A DNA stretch of 64,000 nt from Pseudobutyrivibrio ruminis. Lineage in GTDB: Bacteria; Bacillota; Clostridia; Lachnospirales; Lachnospiraceae. The stretch spans positions 10,388 to 74,387 of the forward strand of contig SVER01000014.1 in the NCBI GenBank assembly GCA_015057315.1, in the 5' to 3' direction. A program made the translations under genes and the position numbers. Below are positions 58,620 through 64,000 of this stretch, piece by piece (position 1 is the first letter of the stretch; every line of letters starts with the position of its first letter). The notes under the pieces are model-generated. The model searched no databases. It saw only the letters and a program-made list of their open reading frames with translations, and had not been told where the DNA came from.

Positions 58620-59498
58620 ATGAAAATTTTAAATAAATTAATGATGACAATTGTGCTTGGACTTATAATATTAGCTACTGGGGTTTCATGTTATTGCGAG
58701 CTTAGACTAAGTGAAAAAAGAGCCGCAGCAATTAATGCTGAGGTAGCAGTAGAAGATGGGGGAACATGCACGGTTAATACTAGCGACGGAAGAACAATAA
58801 CAGTTGTAAAAAATGGCGTTATTCAGGATTATGCATTTTTATATGAGTGCGGAGTAACTGATGCTGAAATTGCACAATGGCAATCTGCTTCTAAATCAAC
58901 TGTTTCCAATGAGTCAACAGAGGAACCAAATAATACAAAATCTAAAACCGATGGGCAGGAAAGTAAGCAAGCAAATACGAAGGAATCTAATCAAAAGGCA
59001 GAAGAGAAAAAAAACCAAGAACCCTCATATACTGCTGAGGAAATTGCAGCGGCTTGGGTGGAAACAAATAGAGTAGAATCGACATGCACTGAAGCAGGCC
59101 ACGTAGACTATTCAAACTCTCTTACTGGTGAAACAAAAAGTGAAGAGTTGCCTTTAGCAGAACACAAGTATGCTGAAACAGAACGAAAAGAAGCTACTTG
59201 CACAGAAGTGGGTTCAATAACATATACATGTGAAGTATGTGGTGATACATATACAGAGGAAGTCCCTGCTCTAGGTCACGAATACGAGTGGGTCACAACT
59301 AAAGAAGCTTCATTCTTTACTCTAGGTGAAGAACAATACGTCTGCAAAAATTGTGGAGATGTATCAAAAACAAGGGAGATTTCTGCTACTTGCCCAATTC
59401 CACTTATGGGAATAATAATAGGTATATGTGTTGTTCTAATCGGAGCAGTCAGTGGAATAGTTGTTTTGAAGAAAAAGAGAACAATTAAAGAGATTTAG
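58620..59498 (+). CDS. CxxC-repeat surface protein paralog 2
   Basis: Signal peptide, variable head, S/T/E/K-rich linker, TCTEAG/TCEVCGD/CKNCGD repeats, C-terminal TM + KKKR. Confidence 0.85.
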   Translation: MKILNKLMMTIVLGLIILATGVSCYCELRLSEKRAAAINAEVAVEDGGTCTVNTSDGRTITVVKNGVIQDYAFLYECGVTDAEIAQWQSASKSTVSNESTEEPNNTKSKTDGQESKQANTKESNQKAEEKKNQEPSYTAEEIAAAWVETNRVESTCTEAGHVDYSNSLTGETKSEELPLAEHKYAETERKEATCTEVGSITYTCEVCGDTYTEEVPALGHEYEWVTTKEASFFTLGEEQYVCKNCGDVSKTREISATCPIPLMGIIIGICVVLIGAVSGIVVLKKKRTIKEI

Positions 59499-59511
59499 GA
59501 GGTTCATTTAT

Positions 59512-60396
59512 ATGAGAATTAGCAAACACATGTTTTTCCGATTAGGAATTTTATCTATATTAATCTGTTCAATTGTATTTAGCACAAAGTTCTTTTGTTT
59601 GGATAAACTCTCTATACGGGCTGCAACAAAAGCGGGATTACAGCGAGCGGATCACTCAGCGAGCATTACAGATGAAAATGGTAATGAAATCTTTTTCCTT
59701 AAAAATGGAGTCATAGTAAATTATGATATAGTTTATCAAGCAGGAGTGACTGACGCTGAAATCGCAGAGTGGTCGGCAGCTAATAGTTCAAGTACAACCA
59801 CGCAATCAAAAACAGAGGACTCAACCAAAGAGGAAACATCTAGCACAGTGGAAAATAAAGATTCAAATAAAAATGATTCTACCACCAAGAATAACGATAG
59901 CGAAAATAAGACGAGCAAAACTGAAAATGCAAAAACACCCACTTATACCGATGATGAGATAGCAGCTGCGTGGTCAGAGTCAGAAAGAGCAGAATCGACA
60001 TGTATCGAAGCAGGACATGTTAGCTATACAAACAGCCTTACTGGTGAAACTAAATCTGAGGAATTACCACTAGCTGAACATAAGTATTCTGAAATAGAGC
60101 GAAAAGACGCAACTTGCAGTGAAGCAGGTTCAATAACATATACTTGTGAAGTCTGTGGTGATACATATACAGAAGAAATCCCTGCTCTTAATCACGAGTA
60201 TGAGTGGGCTACAACTAAAGAAGCTTCACTATTTACCCCAGGCGAAGAACAGTATGTGTGCAAAAATTGTGGTGATATATCAGAAACCAAAGAAATTACT
60301 TTTACTAGTCCTGTTTTTGTCGCACTATTAATTGCAAGTGTGGCTGTTATGATTATAGGTATTGGATTCTTCTTTATTAAAATGAAAAATGATTAG
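59512..60396 (+). CDS. CxxC-repeat surface protein paralog 3
   Basis: Same architecture; 59758-60146 identical to 61432-61820. Confidence 0.85.
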   Translation: MRISKHMFFRLGILSILICSIVFSTKFFCLDKLSIRAATKAGLQRADHSASITDENGNEIFFLKNGVIVNYDIVYQAGVTDAEIAEWSAANSSSTTTQSKTEDSTKEETSSTVENKDSNKNDSTTKNNDSENKTSKTENAKTPTYTDDEIAAAWSESERAESTCIEAGHVSYTNSLTGETKSEELPLAEHKYSEIERKDATCSEAGSITYTCEVCGDTYTEEIPALNHEYEWATTKEASLFTPGEEQYVCKNCGDISETKEITFTSPVFVALLIASVAVMIIGIGFFFIKMKND

Positions 60397-60478
60397 TTTT
60401 ATTTTTTACATAAAAGTGATGTTAAGCTATAATACTTTTGTAAAGAAAAATATATTATAATTAAGGAGAGCAAGAATT

Positions 60479-60748
60479 ATGATGTACCCTTATATGACAT
60501 TTTCTGATGGTACTGAGGTTGTCCATTCACAAGTGATTAAAGAAAATGATACAGATAAAATTATAGTTCATTTTGAAAGAGCAACGGAAAATGGATTTGA
60601 TTCGGCCAGATGTGAATTACCATCATATAATTGGTTGCTTAAAGAGGGATATTCTCAAGAAGAAATTGATTTCTTTGAAAAATTCTTAAGAAATAATGCT
60701 CATTTATTATATAAATATGCAGCCTTAGGAGGAATTAAAATTGCCTAG
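60479..60748 (+). CDS. Small conserved-looking protein, partner of the downstream DUF4160 gene
   Basis: RBS aaggag; 89 aa; stop overlaps the next start. Confidence 0.7.
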   Translation: MMYPYMTFSDGTEVVHSQVIKENDTDKIIVHFERATENGFDSARCELPSYNWLLKEGYSQEEIDFFEKFLRNNAHLLYKYAALGGIKIA

Positions 60749-61019
60749 TATTTTTACTGTAAGTGGTTATAAGGTTTATTTTTGGTCCAATGAAAATAAT
60801 GAACCTATACATGTTCATGTGTCTAAAGGGCAACCATCACCTCACGGTACAAAAATATGGTTAACTAGCAAAGGTGGATGTATACTTGCCAATAATGGTG
60901 GTAATATTCCGTCTAAAGAATTGAATGAGTTAATGGAGTTTATTTCTGCTCAGTTTTTTATTATTTGTGATGCATGGAAAAAGCACTTTTTGACCGAAGA
61001 AATAAAATTCTATTGTTAA
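60741..61019 (+). CDS. DUF4160-family (HicA-like fold) protein
   Basis: MPSIFTVSGYKVYFWSNE..EPIHVHVSKG....TKIWL. Confidence 0.75.
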   Translation: MPSIFTVSGYKVYFWSNENNEPIHVHVSKGQPSPHGTKIWLTSKGGCILANNGGNIPSKELNELMEFISAQFFIICDAWKKHFLTEEIKFYC

Positions 61020-61030
61020 ACCTACTACTA

Positions 61031-61075
61031 AGGCTCACAAAGGCTGAATTTTCAGATTTGTGAGCTTTTTTGTTT
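61031..61075 (+). terminator. Intrinsic terminator after the DUF4160 pair
   Basis: aggctcacaa...ttgtgagctt followed by tttt. Confidence 0.6.
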
Positions 61076-61161
61076 AACAGATGTTCTGATGAAGGCGAAA
61101 TATGTAAAAGTGATGTTATGCTATAATATACATATACAGATATATTTAGGAGGTAATTATT

Positions 61162-62076
61162 TTGATAAAACATACACTTTTTAAATACAATGTAAGCCTT
61201 GTTTCTCTTTTTGTTATATTGATAATTTATGTATCATGTTTTCATACAATTAATTGTGAGGATTATACACCTTATATAGATAAACTAACAGTACGTGCAA
61301 TGACAAAAACTAGTTTGATGGAAGGTACGGGCGATTGTTATATTGGTACTCCAGATGGAAATGTTATCTTTATAAAGGGTGGAAAAATTGTCAATTATGA
61401 TATTATCTACCAAACGGGGATAACTGATGCCGAAATCGCAGAGTGGTCGGCAGCTAATAGTTCAAGTACAACCACGCAATCAAAAACAGAGGACTCAACC
61501 AAAGAGGAAACATCTAGCACAGTGGAAAATAAAGATTCAAATAAAAATGATTCTACCACCAAGAATAACGATAGCGAAAATAAGACGAGCAAAACTGAAA
61601 ATGCAAAAACACCCACTTATACCGATGATGAGATAGCAGCTGCGTGGTCAGAGTCAGAAAGAGCAGAATCGACATGTATCGAAGCAGGACATGTTAGCTA
61701 TACAAACAGCCTTACTGGTGAAACTAAATCTGAGGAATTACCACTAGCTGAACATAAGTATTCTGAAATAGAGCGAAAAGACGCAACTTGCAGTGAAGCA
61801 GGTTCAATAACATATACTTGCGAGATATGTGGTGATACTTATTCAGAGGAAGTCCCTGCTCTAGGTCACGAATATGAGTGGATTACAACCAAAGAAGCTA
61901 CATTGTTTAGATCTGGTGAAGAACAGTATGTTTGTAAGAACTGTGGTGATGTTACAGAAACAAGAGTACTTTCATCTCGATTTCCAACGGGTTTTGTATT
62001 AGTTGTTGCAAGTATTCTATTTGTTATAGGGATAGGATTTATGACATATAGGAAAAATAAAAGTAGCATATCTTAA
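61162..62076 (+). CDS. CxxC-repeat surface protein paralog 4
   Basis: TTG start after aggagg; same architecture; own TM tail. Confidence 0.85.
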   Translation: MIKHTLFKYNVSLVSLFVILIIYVSCFHTINCEDYTPYIDKLTVRAMTKTSLMEGTGDCYIGTPDGNVIFIKGGKIVNYDIIYQTGITDAEIAEWSAANSSSTTTQSKTEDSTKEETSSTVENKDSNKNDSTTKNNDSENKTSKTENAKTPTYTDDEIAAAWSESERAESTCIEAGHVSYTNSLTGETKSEELPLAEHKYSEIERKDATCSEAGSITYTCEICGDTYSEEVPALGHEYEWITTKEATLFRSGEEQYVCKNCGDVTETRVLSSRFPTGFVLVVASILFVIGIGFMTYRKNKSSIS

Positions 62077-62096
62077 AAGATAAGGTGGCTTTGATA

Positions 62097-62732
62097 ATGA
62101 ACAAAAAGGATTTTAAAGCTGCGCTATGCAATGGATGTAGAACGAAATGGTGTTTAAAACTTTTATTTATTTTATTATGCTGCATTCTTATCTACGTAAA
62201 TAACAAATTTGATCATACTTTTGAAGAAGATAGCGTGAGCATGAGGTTAGAATATACTTCTGATTTCGAAAGGCTGAAAATTGGAAATGCTGGTAATATT
62301 GTCCTCTTTGAAAGAGATGAAATGGAAAATGTCACTGTTAGGCCAATTGCTATATATACTGGTTCGGAGGCGGAACGATTGATACTGACATATGGCGGGA
62401 GAAAAACTCATCCTGAAGAAGGAACAGAATTTGTAGTATTGGAATACAGTGCTACTGTTGACCCAAGAGAGCATTATATCGATTGCAAATTGCTGGGCAC
62501 TGACTTAAACAATATATCTTATGACAGTATTGTGTACCGTTCAAAATGCTATGATATGTATGAGAACATAAAAGTTGAGGACGGTGTGTTTAACAAAATA
62601 TATCTTTATTATGAGCTACCAATTGGTGTTGATGAATATATTTTGGAGTTCGGATATCACGTGGCAGAGCAAGAGCTAGGCATGGAAAATAAATTTACAG
62701 CGCATTACTACATTAATGTAAAAGATTTATAA
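62097..62732 (+). CDS. Membrane-anchored hypothetical protein, possibly Ig-like (DUF4352-like)
   Basis: N-terminal Cys-rich TM; EGTEFVVLEYS..YLYYELP.G..EYILEFG. Confidence 0.6.
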   Translation: MNKKDFKAALCNGCRTKWCLKLLFILLCCILIYVNNKFDHTFEEDSVSMRLEYTSDFERLKIGNAGNIVLFERDEMENVTVRPIAIYTGSEAERLILTYGGRKTHPEEGTEFVVLEYSATVDPREHYIDCKLLGTDLNNISYDSIVYRSKCYDMYENIKVEDGVFNKIYLYYELPIGVDEYILEFGYHVAEQELGMENKFTAHYYINVKDL

Positions 62733-62760
62733 AAATTATTTCGAGTTTTCCCTGTTATCC

Positions 62761-63627
62761 CTAGTTCTCGCTATTCTTTTCTTTACGCTCTTTCAGACGT
62801 TTAACCTTACGGGTGTTTTTCTTCGACTTAAGCATATCTTTATATTTTTTTGATCTGTGCATCAGCTTTTTAAAAACGTTATACTCTTCTGGTGGTACAG
62901 TAGAAGGAACAATTCCACTGGTTGCACAGAATGAGTTAAAGAAAATCTTAGCAACATCCTCGTCAGGGTCTTCCTCTGTAACTTGAGGCACAGGGATATT
63001 TTCAAGAATGATATCTTTCAAAGTAGTGTCGGTAGCAGTTTCGGAATCTTTTTTATGAGCATTTCTAAGATCGTCTAGGATTGGCGTGAGTTCAGTATTG
63101 ATTCTGTTTATAAAGTAGTTTCTTTCTTCTACATGGTTTGCCTCTAGCAATGCAGTCCAAATATCATCCCTGTCGGGCTTTAAGTTTCTTACAATCTTCT
63201 CGTGATAGGCATTCATTACAGCTTGAATAGCCTGAAAATTCTGTCCAGCAATTCCATCAATATAGATTTCAATATCAGCTAATACATCCTTAAACCCGGG
63301 ATGAGAAATAAGCTCGCACAGAAGTCTGTTATTCAATTCCTTATTCTTTAAAATTTCTAGAGTCCTGTCATCTAAATCTAATACAGAAACATCTTTTGTG
63401 TCGTTAGTTCTAGAGCTACTTCTATCAAATAAATAATCTAGAGAAACATCAAAATAATCAGCAAGTTGAACTACTGCATAGTGAGAGATACCCTTTGTTT
63501 CGTCGGTTTCATATTCGCTTATAGTGGATTTTGATATTCCAGTGGCAGCAGCCAATTCATCTTGCGATAATCCTTTTTCAACTCGTAAATCTTTTAATCG
63601 TTCCTGTAGTGTTACATGAGTTTTCAA
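62761..63627 (-). CDS. XRE-family HTH regulator of the integrative element
   Basis: LQERLKDLRVEKGLSQDELAAATGISKSTISEYE..LADYFDVSLDYL. Confidence 0.9.
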   Translation of the reverse strand: MKTHVTLQERLKDLRVEKGLSQDELAAATGISKSTISEYETDETKGISHYAVVQLADYFDVSLDYLFDRSSSRTNDTKDVSVLDLDDRTLEILKNKELNNRLLCELISHPGFKDVLADIEIYIDGIAGQNFQAIQAVMNAYHEKIVRNLKPDRDDIWTALLEANHVEERNYFINRINTELTPILDDLRNAHKKDSETATDTTLKDIILENIPVPQVTEEDPDEDVAKIFFNSFCATSGIVPSTVPPEEYNVFKKLMHRSKKYKDMLKSKKNTRKVKRLKERKEKNSEN

Positions 63628-63707
63628 TTTATATTCCCCCTTAAGAACATCCTAATCAAAGTATAACAGTTTGAAATTGTAGTTAAAACTATACTTTAAA
63701 TCTTGAA

Positions 63708-63766
63708 TCCGAAATCTCGGAAAAAACTTCAAAATGAAAAATAATCCTACATTCCGGATATACGGG
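63708..63766. promoter_or_regulatory. Two TCCG-N6-CGG(A/G) boxes, possible XRE operators
   Basis: tccgaaatctcgga (63708-63721) and tccggatatacggg (63753-63766) upstream of the XRE gene. Confidence 0.4.
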
Positions 63767-63960
63767 AGAGGGCTTTGAAAAATGGCATACTCACATCATA
63801 ACAACTGCATGAGCATTCCAGATGAATACTATTTCGGGGAAGCTAAGCGATGATGTGAGAACGGAGCGAGCCAAGGATAGCAAAACGTCAAAGTGCCAAA
63901 CAAGGTAACCTGACAGGAAAGCATTTGGGGAAATGACGTTTTGACCAGATCAAAGAATTG

Positions 63961-63995
63961 AGGCTTATCGTAGATGTGATAAGCCTTTTTTCTTT
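63961..63995 (+). terminator. Intrinsic terminator closing a short structured + strand leader
   Basis: aggcttatc-gtagatgt-gataagcct followed by a T-tract. Confidence 0.75.
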
Positions 63996-64000
63996 GCTCT

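Larger units (their letters stand above)
56340..64000. mobile_element. Integrative element (ICE/IME-like) inserted in the rlmD 3' end; continues past the window
   Basis: Composition shift after HVETCVLL, element-type C-terminal tail, AT-rich accessory genes, terminal XRE regulator. No integrase inside the window; left boundary approximate. Confidence 0.7.

Noticed and set aside
609-61636. Numerous 60-200-aa alternate-frame and antisense ORFs in the supplied track
   Set aside because: Shadow ORFs within well-supported genes, lacking RBS or motifs
63780-63960. c-di-GMP-I riboswitch
   Set aside because: The characteristic GGCAAACC/GAAA-tetraloop-receptor pattern was not found
1-64000. tRNA or rRNA genes
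   Set aside because: No cloverleaf with T-loop/D-loop consensus or rRNA-like sequence noticed

Overview
AT-rich chromosomal window from a Lachnospiraceae-like Firmicute (Pseudobutyrivibrio/Butyrivibrio-like; this taxon is inferred from gene content and order). Housekeeping and metabolic genes make up most of it: the 3' end of scfB, secDF, serS, typA, cobO, dapB, a GGDEF protein, PI-PLC, an MCP with a sugar-binding lipoprotein, a P-loop sugar kinase with a GH13_18 phosphorylase, efp, cstA, bioB/bioY with a BirA operator, fprA, ldh, an HD-GYP protein, a type II fatty-acid synthesis cluster, lemA, asnS, asnA, yerC, pcrA and rlmD. There are two accessory regions. (i) 21.1-28.0 kb is a restriction-modification-like island. 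It has a methyltransferase apparently split over two ORFs, a nuclease-helicase fusion, a DUF4160/DUF2442-like pair, an XRE regulator with repeated TGACAT-N7-ATGTCA boxes and a strictly 74-bp-periodic array. (ii) From about 56.3 kb to the window end, an element integrated in the 3' end of rlmD carries a signal peptidase I and four mosaic CxxC-repeat surface-protein paralogs. The main non-coding observations are: a 25-codon leader ORF with 12 Asn codons and a complete 1:2/2:3/3:4 attenuator upstream of asnS (no T-box seen); a 735-bp fold-back palindrome with a + strand G.T bias; a family of intergenic hairpins bounded by TAGATGAG...CGGACT; and two phased inverted-motif arrays. All calls are by eye, without database searches.
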